Program-made: the position numbers and the translations under genes
Shown: piece by piece, positions 1 through 13,300 of the stretch
Layout: every line of letters starts with the position of its first letter
How positions within the stretch are numbered: the stretch's first letter is position 1
From: Sphaeroforma arctica JP610
Lineage: Eukaryota
Reading direction: 5' to 3'
Assembly (NCBI RefSeq): GCF_001186125.1
Contig: NW_014040429.1
Coordinates: 71,714 to 114,834, forward strand
Length of the DNA: 43,121 nt
The notes under the pieces: generated by a model
The model's input: only the letters and a program-made list of their open reading frames with translations
The model's database searches: none
What the model was told of the DNA's origin: nothing

Positions 1-100
1 GTTGTGTGTGTGTGGTGTGTGTGTGTATATATATATAAATATATATGTGTGTGTGTGTTTATGTATATATATATATGTGTGTGTGTATGCATTATATATG
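1..100. repeat. (GT)n/(AT)n compound microsatellite
   Basis: Alternating gtgtgt and atatat runs read directly from the sequence. Confidence 0.9.
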
Positions 101-531
101 AGTTATTTTTTAATCGTTCTTAAACGTGTCACGATCTGTTTCTGTGTTTTTGCTGTATCTTTATCTGTAAATATATAAACAAACATGTTATATCTCTGTG
201 TCTGTGCGTGTGTCTGTGCGAAAGAAATGGCGTTTATTCTCGATGTGTGCGAAAGATGTATCCGCATACGTACTGTTTCCAATGTGTGTTCGTGATTTCG
301 TGTTTGTATGGAATTTAATCGACGTATTTGTCATCAATTACATTTATTTGGTACTTATGAATCTACTTATTCTTAACTTCCCATTAGCATCTGCCTGGCC
401 TTCGTCTATTTGTCTTTTACATGCACAATACTGAAAACTTCATCTACTTATAAAGTGCCTTGCGGAGAAACGCTTGCGACTTAGCATCATACAGACTGAT
501 TCGGAATATGTACCCTTGAAATCAATTGCAG

Positions 532-3513
532 CAAAAAGAGTAGCAAAACATTTCGGCCCAAAAAGAACATCAGTGAGGGTTCAAAGCAGTATCAGCTGAA
601 AAAATATGCTGAGGCAACTTTGGGCTCTGGCAACCTACGCCTAGCTGTCACACTTCCAGAAGGAGAGGACATACATGAGTGGGTAGCCGTAAATAGTAAG
701 CCGTCGCTCAATGCTTTTATATTGCTGTTCACATGTTATTTCACCGGCGTATATTGTGATATGCGGCATATGCGTGTATTTGCGGTTGTAGTGCACTCGC
801 ATCTGCGATGTAATCGTCGCTCGCCTATGTAGTATCAAGTCGGAATGTAACGTCGCTGAAATACCCCTCAATGCAGCTGTGGACTTCTACAATCAAATCA
901 ATATGCTTTACGGCACTATAACCGAGTTTTGCACCCCAGACGAGTGTCCTGTCATGTCAGCAGGTTTAAGGTACGCAACTGTCATGTGCGGCCGCTGCTG
1001 CGACCAGCCCACTATCGTTCTGCCTTGGTTCGTGGTCCGGTCCAACTAATCTGTTCTGCTTTCTGTTTTGGAATAAGTGATGCTTGTACTGTTTTGTTTG
1101 GTTTGCTTACTTGTGGTGTCTAGGTGCAAATCTCAAATATGTATGTGCGTTTGTTTGTGTGCTTATGCTTATCGTATGCATCTGTCTGAATCTACAGCCG
1201 TTGTTCTTCACTCTGAGAGTCGAGTTCGGTTTAAATGTTCTACTTCGGTGCCATCATTCCGAGGAAAATATATCTTTGTTTCTCTTGAACCCTGAGCCTT
1301 TGACCACCTGAGTTTTTATTTCCTGGTTCTTCTCGTAAACCTCTGCATTATCTGATTACAATCGCCTTTAGGTACGAGTACTTGTGGGCGGATAATGTAA
1401 CTGTAAAGAAGCCAATCAAGTGCAGTGCGCCGGAGTATGTAGACTATCTCATGACATGGGTGCAAACCCAGTTGGATGATGAGCTCATCTTCCCTTCCAA
1501 GATTGGTGAGTGATATTTCTCCTGACATATTTGACAATTATCAATCTAATTTGTGCATGTTGCTCTTTAGTTGGTTTCGAAGGTGTTGCTGAAATCGTAC
1601 TGTCATCCCACATATCTGAAGACTCGATACCTACTGTGTGCGGACCTTGATCGTACGTGTACGATTATGCGGAGACGCTCGCATCACAAATGAACCCTCG
1701 TATATGTGTCGTAGTTGTTGCCAAGCGACGTTTGATGTTTGTAGGATACTGTTCAATTGATAACTTTGACAGCTCACACCTGGATTTTTCTGGTGCATCC
1801 ACAAATGTGATATCACAAACCTTCACGGTCCCCGCATGCGGATATAAGTTTGTTCCCATGAGCTTCAAGAACTCGCACTTTCTGAATTTCGTGTAGTTTT
1901 AGCTGATACTGATGAGCAATATGGGTTTGTATGTGGCGGCTGTGTTGATTGTTAATGCACTCGCTATTAAACTCGGGCCAGCACATATATGCTACTGTAG
2001 AGGAGCTGTTGATATGATTATACGTGTCAATTTGCACCTACGTAGAGGTTGGGAGAAAAAGAGCGAGTGGTGCATTTGAGTTAGGATCTTCTTGTTCGTA
2101 GCCATATACGATATTAATGAAGGATATTGTGAACATCAGGTAAATGCCCACTTGATATCAGCAGGACGTCGCTATTAAACTCGGGCCAGCACATATATGC
2201 TACTGTAGAGGAGCTGTTGATATGATTATACGTGTCAATTTGCACCTACGTAGAGGTTGGGAGAAAAAGAGCGAGTGGTGCATTTGAGTTAGGATCTTCT
2301 TGTTCGTAGCCATATACGATATTAATGAAGGATATTGTGAACATCAGGTAAATGCCCACTTGATATCAGCAGGACGCAATAATATTCAATTCATATTTTG
2401 TTGTCTATCTTTTTTGAATTTGGCTCCTTATTTTCACTGTATCAGGCGTGCCCTTCCCGCGGACGTTCATGTCGGTTGCAAAGAACATCTTAAAACGACT
2501 ATTCAGAGTGTATGCCCACGTGTACCATTCTCACTTCAACAAGGTAATTCCGTGCGCCATGTCAAGTTCAAGCTATGTCTGCAAGCGCAGGTCTGCATCA
2601 CCTATCCTTCTCTAATTATAATTTGTTCGGCTGTGGTCTAGGGAGGGTGCGCACATCCTGCCCCTTTTTCGAAAAATACTTTGACGTGAAGTATATACAT
2701 GTCTAACTAACAAGTTTGTAATACAGATTTTATTGCTCCGCTCTGTTCCACGTGCATACTGGGACGCAATTATCCAGTTTTGTCTCAGCCTCTCAAACTC
2801 ACGATTTATTACTGAGGTTTACTTTAAATGACATTCAATTTTGTTGTTTTCCCCTCATGCAGATTGTATCTTTGGGTGAGGAGGCGCATCTGAACACTTC
2901 TTTCAAGCACTTCATATATTTCGTTCAGGTATGTCGAGCTTTCCGATAATAGCCAAATAATGAAGATGTCGTGTGCGTATACTATGATTGGCAATCCAAA
3001 TCTTAATCGTTTATCAAATTTTTGAGTTTGCCCTAATGCTTAGTGGCAATACTCACAAGGCCAAGCATAACAGGCAGAGATATGTGAAGAGTTTGGCATA
3101 CGGCTGAACTGTCTGTCATACGGGATTTGAAGTGCTGCAGAGACTGCATTACCCAGGATATATAAGCAGCACTTTATTGGAACGTGTGTTGTCGTTGCGG
3201 ATAGTTGGCCTCTAAAACATTTGCGGATGATGCATTAATCGACTGGTCATCTTTGTACTTTACTGTAATTCCCGCACACTATGGGTAAACTGTTTTCTTG
3301 TTTTCGTTCAGTTGTTGTTGCGATATGTACTGCTCCGTTTTGCGTCTTGTTTCGATGGTCTGTATGGAACCCCACTTGATTTTTATCTCGGTTCAGTCTC
3401 TAACATTTGCTGTAAAATGCTTAATACAGGAATTCAATCTCATAGACAAGAAGGAACTAGCACCTTTGCAAGAGCTTATCGATACGCTGCTGGCCAAAGA
3501 TGCCGCTGCATAA
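532..3513 (+). CDS. MOB1: MOB kinase activator 1 (Mob1/phocein family), spliced, 5'-partial
   Basis: GT-AG bounded exons 532-695, 877-970, 1372-1505, 2446-2543, 2863-2928 and 3430-3513 splice in frame. The product reads [11 protein letters not shown]...[49 protein letters not shown]...CPVMSAG..YEYLWAD...[25 protein letters not shown]...[17 protein letters not shown]...[37 protein letters not shown], which is typical MOB1. The short first exon with the ATG was not identified and is probably upstream of the window. Confidence 0.97.
1961..2376. repeat. Perfect 208-bp tandem duplication in a MOB1 intron
   Basis: 1961-2168 and 2169-2376 appear identical (tcgctattaaactcggg...gatatcagcaggacg). Confidence 0.95.
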
Positions 3514-4387
3514 TTTACTACCAACCTTAGAACCGTGAATAAAGACATAATTGCTAAATAGTTGCTTGTGTTGATGTCAGCTGCCTTCCTTCCGGTGATT
3601 GTAGAATTAAATATCATCTGCCAGTTCGAAGATTAGCTAAAAGTTGTTAAACTTTTGACCATTCAAATTAGAAATGAACAATGTATACCACTTAAAGCTT
3701 CGTATCGAGTGCATGAGTGCAGGATCATAACCATTGCTGAGTGCGCTAATGGTTATTACGATTGGCTATCACTCTGCAAACATTTGCAACAGATTATAAA
3801 TAATGAAAAAGACTTTTTCTCAAGTAAAGTCTCTTAGCCCCCAATAATATTGGTCTTGTGTGCTGTTTGCTGGGTTTCGATAAATTCGAAATCGAAAGAG
3901 CATCGTATACTGTGTACTGGTAGGCTGCCCGACACGACTAGACTTGTCAACCCTACCGGACAGTCGGACACTGCTGGTTCTTTTAAAAGGGAAAATATGG
4001 ATAGTTTATATAAATAAATATAACCCTAAAATACATACATACCTAAAAGTAACATGACGCTCTCTGGATCAGGGTCTCTGCGGAAAACATTGCATGTCCT
4101 GCCGTGCCAACCGTGGTGCCATGTTGGGGAGAAATTGATATTTTATTTTCGACGAGACAGACACCAATCACGCCATTCAGATTCCAGAGAGGGATACATG
4201 ATTATTATTTTTTATGCCATAGATATTTTGGCGCGACAATTGGGCCAATGCGATCGGTCGATGATAGCTTCCCTCAAATAAAATATATTCATATATTTCT
4301 ACCCCACCACATAATCACACCTGTACACCGCACACGTAATAACTTAGAGGGAGCGTACTGCCAGTGTGTGTGTGTGAGTACATAGCC

Positions 4388-7300
4388 ATGGAGGGGCAAC
4401 ACTCACCGGGACAGTCTCCGGTACCCCAGAACGGACAATCTAGTCCTACTGATGGCACACACGCACCCGAAAGTCAAGCTAGACAGACGCACGGCATGCC
4501 CACACAAAAGCCGTTTAAATCTCATGCTCCGCGCATGCGACAGGCTTCTAACTCTCAAAGCAATGGTCCTCCCAACACGGCATGTGAAGTTCAGTTGCGA
4601 TATGATAGGCCGCAGTTTAATAGCGTAGCGTCAAATTCGGAGCATACCCTGGACCATAACTCTCTACAACAGCGAGCTAACATGCCACCTGGCTTTGTTC
4701 CTGTCGGTAACCAAGCGAACCAAGCGATCGGCAATGGTGCCCCTTCCAGACCGTATAATGCCGATGAAATTGATCCACGATATAGAGATGGGGTTCCCAC
4801 GAATCTAATTAACCCAAGATATAGGGGCCGAGGACCGTACCCAGGGCAGCCTAATTTGACAACCCATCATCCAAGCCAATCCATTGGATATAAAATTACT
4901 GGTGATCCAGGGTATGCTATTGACACAGCAGGTGCGTATATACCTCACAACATAGCACCGCAGCATATAAGGATGCAAGCACAGGAAAATAGGGTGCATA
5001 TGTCATCTCTTATGCAACCGAATCAGACCCCAATCTATGCGCCCGGATTTGCATCCGCCAGCAGGCCGTTGCACTGTACTGGAGGTGAGAACAAAGCTTA
5101 TCGGGTTGGCGTAGCTGGCACGAACCACGCTGGGACCTATGACTGGGCCCCAACTTACAGGGAAACAACAGTACATGGTGGCGAGCCTGTGACGGATAGA
5201 ACACATACACAGTCTGTTTTTAATGGGAGTACTGATTCTCAACCAGTTACGCATCAGAGCCTCGTATCTAGCACACTTCCTAACCACACATCGAACAATG
5301 CGGCCGGTGCTGGTCGAGTGACGAGTGCCATAGTAGAGGGTCCTACTATTGTTAGAGCAGATAACGTCGTACCACCTGCAATGCCTTCCGTAACTAATGC
5401 GCCGGTAAATGAAGAGGAAGCGGAGGAAGAAGAGACTGAGATCTTCTCGTCCTACAAGTGTCTATCAATTAGTTTTGGAAAGACCCACCCTGGCAATATC
5501 GTGGAAGGTAAGATTTGCTTGCTTGTGTAAAATTATCGTTTCGTTGAACCTATTTGTCCAGAGAGCATTCTTAAAAGGGTGATTATTAATTACATATCGA
5601 TTTTTTCTCCAATGTGCGTGTGTATCCATATATATATATATATACCTATATCTATATCTATATCNNNNNNNNNNNNNNNNNNNNNNNNNNNNNNNNNNNN
5701 NNNNNNNNNNNNNNNNNNNNNNNNNNNNNNNNNNNNNNNNNNNNNNNNNNNNNNNNNNNNNNNNNNNNNNNNNNNNNNNNNNNNNNNNNNNNNNNNNNNN
5801 NNNNNNNNNNNNNNNNNNNNNNNNNNNNNNNNNNNNNNNNNNNNNNNNNNNNNNNNNNNNNNNNNNNNNNNNNNNNNNNNNNNNNNNNNNNNNNNNNNNN
5901 NNNNNNNNNNNNNNNNNNNNNNNNNNNNNNNNNNNNNNNNNNNNNNNNNNNNNNNNNNNNNNNNNNNNNNNNNNNNNNNNNNNNNNNNNNNNNNNNNNNN
6001 NNNNNNNNNNNNNNNNNNNNNNNNNNNNNNNNNNNNNNNNNNNNNNNNNNNNNNNNNNNNNNNNNNNNNNNNNNNNNNNNNNNNNNNNNNNNNNNNNNNN
6101 NNNNNNNNNNNNNNNNNNNNNNNNNNNNNNNNNNNNNNNNNNNNNNNNNNNNNNNNNNNNNNNNNNNNNNNNNNNNNNNNNNNNNNNNNNNNNNNNNNNN
6201 NNNNNNNNNNNNNNNNNNNNNNNNNNNNNNNNNNNNNNNNNNNNNNNNNNNNNNNNNNNNNNNNNNNNNNNNNNNNNNNNNNNNNNNNNNNNNNNNNNNN
6301 NNNNNNNNNNNNNNNNNNNNNNNNNNNNNNNNNNNNNNNNNNNNNNNNNNNNNNNNNNNNNNNNNNNNNNNNNNNNNNNNNNNNNNNNNNNNNNNNNNNN
6401 NNNNNNNNNNNNNNNNNNNNNNNNNNNNNNNNNNNNNNNNNNNNNNNNNNNNNNNNNNNNNNNNNNNNNNNNNNNNNNNNNNNNNNNNNNNNNNNNNNNN
6501 NNNNNNNNNNTACGTGTGTGGGTGTGGTTGTGGGTGGGTGGGTATGCGTGTGTTTGTGTGCTTGTTTGTGTGTATTTATATATATATTTATTGATATATA
6601 TATATAATGTGTGTGTGTGTGTGTGTGTGCGTGCGTGTGTGTATGTGCGTGCGTATGTGTGTGTGTGTGTGTGTGTGTTTGTGTGTGTTTGTGTGTGTTT
6701 GTGTGACTATATGTGTATGTATGTGTCCGTGTCCGTGTCTGTGCCTGGTTCTGTTTCTTTGTCTAAGAATGTATCTACGTGTGTGGTTTGTGTTGTAATT
6801 TGTTTTTATATTATGATAAGAAGCTGTTTATTCTATGTGTGGTGCGCCATTTTAGAGTTCATTTGCGTATGCTTTACTCTACTTTTTTCATACTACTTGG
6901 AATGCTATCAGGTCATAACCTACAATACTATAGATTTTAGAGGTGAAATGAATATGTTGGATATGGAGTGGTGTTCAAAACCGTGTGTCGGATGTTTAGG
7001 TATTGATTATGTTAACATGTTGACTGCTCTTAATGGGTATGACCTAAAGTTGCAGATGTAAAATTCTTTGATTGTGGATGTATATAGCAAACTTTTTGGT
7101 AGTCTAGTGAAATTTAGTGTACTATTGAAATCTGATGTACACAGTTTGACTCACAGGTGCTAGTTTGGCTTCGGCGCATCTTCCGATACCTTCGTACCCC
7201 CTCCACGAGTCCATGCCCGATGATATCATATCCAGTGGGAAACTCAGTAATCTGCAGCTCGAAGCGATTTTATTCGCTTCTCAAAGACACCAGAAGCTTT

Positions 7301-10300
7301 TTAACTATCGCCTTACTCCTGATGGTGAACCTATGCACGCGCCACGGTTGGGCTCAGGAACACTCGACCTCTGTACCAGAGCGGGGTTCTTCATCGGAGA
7401 TCAAACGGGTGTGTTAGGCTTGGGTTTCGACATCTTGAGCATTTATCCGCTTCATTTTCCTGTTCTTTCTTTATGGCACACACGCCAACGCAATACCTCT
7501 TGAATATGTGCTTGATTAGTGTAAAATAGATTGTTTCCTAAGTAATACTTCGCAGTAAGTTTGCGAGTCAAGCTAGTAGGAGCCTGGTATTTCGACTCGT
7601 GACACCGCGCTCGAATATTCGAGAAGTAACCCTCGACAAGGCAAATTTTGCGTGAAGCCATCGTTCTAAGACCTGATTTTGATTTTTGATTTTTGTGGCA
7701 GGCGTTGGCAAAGGACGTCAATCTGCTGGTATCATTATCGCTAATGTAGCTCGAGGCAGAGGAAAGCATGTGTGGTTCTCCACCTCGAGTGACTTGAGAG
7801 CTGATGCAGAAAGAGACATGCGGGATCTGGGCAGCTATATCAATATTATCGATGGCTGTAAAGAGCTAGATAAGCAAACCGGTGCTCTGAGCATGAAAGG
7901 AGTTCTCTTCTGTACATATGCGACCTTGGCGCGACCGGCTAGGCTCGAGGAAATCATTAAAGTATGTGTTTAGGGTGCTTCTTTTTGTCTGATGCACTTT
8001 TTAGAGTGTGCATTTTAGCTCGTAAAATTACATTTATAAACTTGCAGTACGTAGTTTTACACCCATTCAAATAGTGCGGTTTTAAATAGAGTCTGTTCGG
8101 ATATAAACTTGGTATTCTTTGGCATATACAGGCTGATTTGTACGCAGGTAGAAATTATTGCCTGATTTATCATATTCTCTATCCGTATTTATTGTATCCT
8201 GAATTTATTTTAGTGGTGTGGAGGAGATACTTTCGATGGCTGCCTGATTTTCGATGAAAGTCACAAGGCAAAGAATCTCAAAATGGAGGGACGCAAAAGC
8301 TCTGGCAGTATGACAGCTGCGGCCGCTCTGCATATTCAGAGACGGATGCCGCTCGCTCGCGTAACTTATTTATCAGCCACGGTATGACATTCGCACACGG
8401 TTTTTAGTGCCTGAATCTTAGAGCGTCCTGGTATCCGTATTCTGGAAGAGCATTATCTTCACCCTGCTCTGTTGCTTTAATTTATCCGTGACCAAGTTTA
8501 ATTACTTCTCACTGACTACTATGCACACGAGTAACCAAATTATCGGAAATCTCATAGGGTGTGACGGAACCAGCACATCTGGGTTTCATGGAACGACTAG
8601 GGTTGTGGGGTCCACACACATCCTTCCCCAACTTCAAAGCGTTTCACTCTGAGATTTCTAAGCACAGTATTGCTGTTCTGGAGCTGATAGCAATGGAAAT
8701 GAAGATGAACGGCACATATGTATCTCGAGGGCTATCTTATAGCGACTGTGAGTTCGAAATTGTAGAGACCGATGTATCAAAGGTCAGTAAACATGGGTTC
8801 AGCCCGAAGTATTCACGTTTTGTGTGTTGCTGCGTTGCTTATATTAATAAGACAGAGCAAGTAATACGAATATAGAGCAGCACCTATATGGAAAAAAGCA
8901 TACGGATATATAGAGCGATACATTATTCGACAACTCTTTTACATTTGTGAACTTTCAGAGGCCGTCTGCGAGCAAAATTATGAGTGTTGTTTCTCTATCG
9001 ATCCGCCTATCTCACACACCACATGATTTTTCATGTGCATGTAGGCCCATGGCGCTCTCTACGATCAGTGCTGCAACTTGTGGGCGATCTTGAGAGGACA
9101 GATGAAAATAGCATGCAAAATGACCAACACGCCGCTTAAAATGTTGCGCAACTACTGGGCATGTCATCAACGGTTCTTCTTGCAACTATGTGTATCCTTA
9201 AAGGTGAGTCGAACATGAGGATAAAGTTTTAGCTTGTCAGAGTGACTATTCATAGGTTGGAGGAATACTCTGTGGCCTTGCCTCATAGTATAGATCAAAC
9301 CTTCTATGTGATCCATTGTGGTGGACGGTGAATAGAAGCCGCGCCGCTTTGAAGTGTCCGACAGAATGACCTGTGTTAGAGTCTTAAACATGCGGTGAGA
9401 TAATCAAGAATTATCTTTGGCATATCAGGTAGGGCGTATTGTGGAGCTAGCAAAGGCTGCTCTTGCTCGGGGCGACTGTGTGGTCATCGGATTGCAGAAG
9501 ACAGGTGAAAGCAGCTCGGACGCAGTATTGGATCTCAGCCAACCAGACAAGATTTATCCGTCCCCCATAGCAGTAGAGAAAGAAATTTTGATGCGCTTCA
9601 TCGCTGAGCAATTCCCCACCAAGATGGTATGCAAGCGTGGCCGCATTGAATCGTTTGACATCACAGGTTTTCTACCTATACAGATAGAAGTCTTTGACAT
9701 TCGCTTGAGACCTTATCTTTATGCTTTTAAACTCTTCTCTTTGCTTCAATTTGGGCAACATGGCAGGCCCCGAAAGATGTACCGGGTGACCCGGATGATC
9801 CTAATGTTATAGCACGAAAACGGATCGAGGAGCAGAGATCGATGATGACCATACCGGAACTGGTACAAACACGCAACATTCTTATTCAGAGGGCGGGAGC
9901 CCTACAGATGCCTGGCAATCCTCTTGATTTGCTCATTGATGAGCTAGGTGGCCCAACGAAGGTGGCGGAGATGACTGGTCGTAAGGGTATGTAATTTCAT
10001 GCCATTATTCTATATCTAGAAAATATCTCCCCTCAGTCTATCGCGAGAACCTTTTTTCGTTTCTAATGTGCTTTGTGCAGTTGTCCGTCTACTATCTCGA
10101 TTGGTATGACCCAAGTTCTGACGGATGGTTTCCTTCGATGTAGGGCGCATGGTGAGGGCTGGCAAAAAAGGGTTCATCTATGAGAAACGTGCCGAAACCG
10201 AGGATGACACGACGCATATCTGTAATAATGAAAAAATTCGGTTTATGAACGGTGACAAACTAGTGGCAATCATCTCAGAGGCGGCCTCCACTGGTATCTC

Positions 10301-13300
10301 GCTGGTGAGTATTCTCTCCTTTGTGAAGGACGCTCATTTTCGATAGCCTATTGTGTAGACTAGCTGCTGTTTTGTGCACGTGCAACCCGTTGGTGATGAA
10401 TTCTGACAATCATTGTACATATACATATCATTCTGGCCACGTCGCAACACTTCGCTACGTCTACCACACAGCCCGCTCTTTCCCCTTGCACGTGGGATAC
10501 AGCATTCAACTTTATAAGAGCCATATCCTCTGAGAGAACTTTCAATACATTTCCCAACCCCCAAATAACGAAATTTCGCTACTTACAGCATGCTAGTTTA
10601 AATGTGCGAAATCAACGGCGCCGTCATCATTTCACTATTGAACTCCCATGGAGCGCTGATCGCGCAATTCAGCAGTTGGGACGTACTCATAGGTCTCACC
10701 AGGTGCGTATGTACCAGTGTGGCTTCTCCGTCTCATGAGATTTTTTTTCGCCCCCAGTAAAGGCAAGTGGTATACTTGCCTGCTCACTTCGTCAGTGTAT
10801 TCGTTTCTAAATTATCCACAGGCTCGAGCATAATGACACTCGAAGATTATATTTAATGATTTTCTTCATGACTGGAAACTATGAGACTGTATAGTCCCTA
10901 ACATATACTTGCCATACCGCGTATCGGTATTTATATATCTTGTCACTGACACCCATATTTCAATTTCGGCTCGCAGAAAACGGGACCCATCTACAAGCTT
11001 GTTGTGTGCTCACTCGCCGGAGAATTACGCTGTGTGATGGCTGTGTGCTCGCGGTTGCAGAGTCTGGGAGCGCTCACGCGTGGAGATAGGCGGGCTAGTG
11101 TTGGTTTCAATTTCGACGATTACGATATAGATAATAAGTACGGGAAGAAGGTAGGGGTTTTCTTTTGCAGAAGCGGTCTTTTGGCGGAATTGGAGTTTCA
11201 GGAGCTAAACTACGATTAATAGATATATCTGTTCAAAATCTATTCGCTTGTGAACCCCGATTCGTAATTTTTTTTCTCCTCCTTCGTTCTACCATATTTA
11301 CAGGCGTTAAAGGACATGTCCCATTCTATACGACAACGCACACCCTATCCTGGCGTGGATAGTGAGACGATTTCAGCACTCGAGCAACAAGCGCAAAAGA
11401 TTGCTCAAGGCAGCGCAGACCAGGCTTTAGGGAAGCCAATACTCTTTACAGTCTTGGCTGCGTGCATAGGTACGTTCGTTGATAGCAGTCTAATTGTCTT
11501 CCACGGTTCTCAAATGACGCACCACTTAATTCCATCCGATCAGTGAGTGTATGCTGCGGGTTATGGACAGGCTGCAATGAAGTGACAAACTGAAGTAGAT
11601 TATGCTAACTTCGAGCTAACTCTGTACACATACGCGTATCATATTATTCGCACCGCTTTTTACTCAATTTTAGATTTAATGGCGTTTGAGGACGGGGATG
11701 AAGGCAAGGTGGAAAACATCAGGTCCTTCTGGAATCGCTTACTGGGTCTCACAGTTGCCCAACAGGGCATATTGTTTGGGTGTGTGTTTGAGTTGAAGAT
11801 TAGTACATAGGTTTGAATGTTGTAATACGTTATTCAATCTCACAGCGAATATACTTGTCCTTGCTACACAAGCCCCTTAAGTACAGCCTGATTTAGTCGC
11901 AATATATGTACAATTGCTTAATTTTTTTTTACACATTCATATTGAATACAGATATCTTTCTGCTGTACTGAAAGCAGTTGTGAACGAAGCCAAACGCGAT
12001 GGTACCTATTTAGATAATGTGTTGGATCTGAAAGGAGAGGATATCATGATACAATCTAAGGAAATTTTGAGTCGAGTATGTCTGTTCTTAAAAATATTGC
12101 ATGCTCACGTTATATGCGGTATTCTGTTCTTTTTTAACACGCTGCGTCGTGCTTCCCTTTCTGAATTGGTTTTGATGGGTTTCTAGAATATTCAGGTCTC
12201 TGCTAAGTATACCCATATTCTTAGACCACCATTTATGAATCATGCACGGACATTTATACACACCAATGCAGGATCCATCCACAGACGTGCCAACGATTCA
12301 CTACCAGGTACTGGTCAATAGAGGTGTATCCTTTCCAGTGGCATCCTATCGGTTGGAGCAAGCACAAGCAGCGTTCTCGTAAGTTGTTCTGCTTTCACGT
12401 AGGTTAAAACGAAAGTGTCATGAAAAAGATATCTGCTTGCACATTCGTTCATTAGAGTGGCAAGGGTGCATAAACCTCTGCTAATTTTGTGCACCTTATA
12501 TGATAGGCTGACCTTCTTGTATATTCGATCAATAGATTCGCAGCCGCATGCAGGCAATTGGCTACATAGGGTTTGAATCACTTTCTCATGTTCGTGGAGG
12601 TTCTCCCTGAGGTTGTTGATTTCAGACTCTTCTTTACCACCCATACCGCAGTGGAAGAGCTGCTCAAACCGATGGTGATACGGACAGTACAGCAGATAAG
12701 ATTGATGAAGATGAAAGCGGTGAGAATGTCAAGAAAGGCGTGGACAACGACAGGGGAGAAACCATGCAAACAAACACCGTCCAAATCACTGATCCCGCAG
12801 AGGAGGTCGAACAACCCCCGAACAGTATGTGGATTTGTATTTTCTTAATCCATTGTGAATTCTACTCTATAGTGAATTTGTGTTACGTTTTCTATCAACA
12901 CCTGTAACATATTCTGACCACTGAAACATTGTTGATTTCGTTCTTGACCTCTGCAGCTGACTCGTCGCTTTATCTGTATATTGGATTAGTGTTTGCAACG
13001 GCCTCCTATATTGTCTGTAAATTAGAATAATACATACATCTGTACATTCTATATCTGAATAGTGATGATATGTTACGCGTCTGTTGCTTGCTTTTCCAAT
13101 TTCACTGCAGGCGATTTTGTCTAATTTAAATTTCACTCGTATGCTAACAGCTGACGCGTCTGAGCCGCCAGACATTGAACCAGGTGTGCTCCCTGTTAGT
13201 GTACCAGCGATGGACAAGGACAATACAACTTCTGAAACAATGCCAGCAAACACCGATGTCAACTCTGTACGCAGTACAGCCACTTCGCCAAGGAATGGGG

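Noticed and set aside
5579..7061. Long ORFs through N runs and VCVC-rich ORFs (also 18430-19435 and 36060-36557)
   Set aside because: They are artefacts of assembly gaps and dinucleotide microsatellites.
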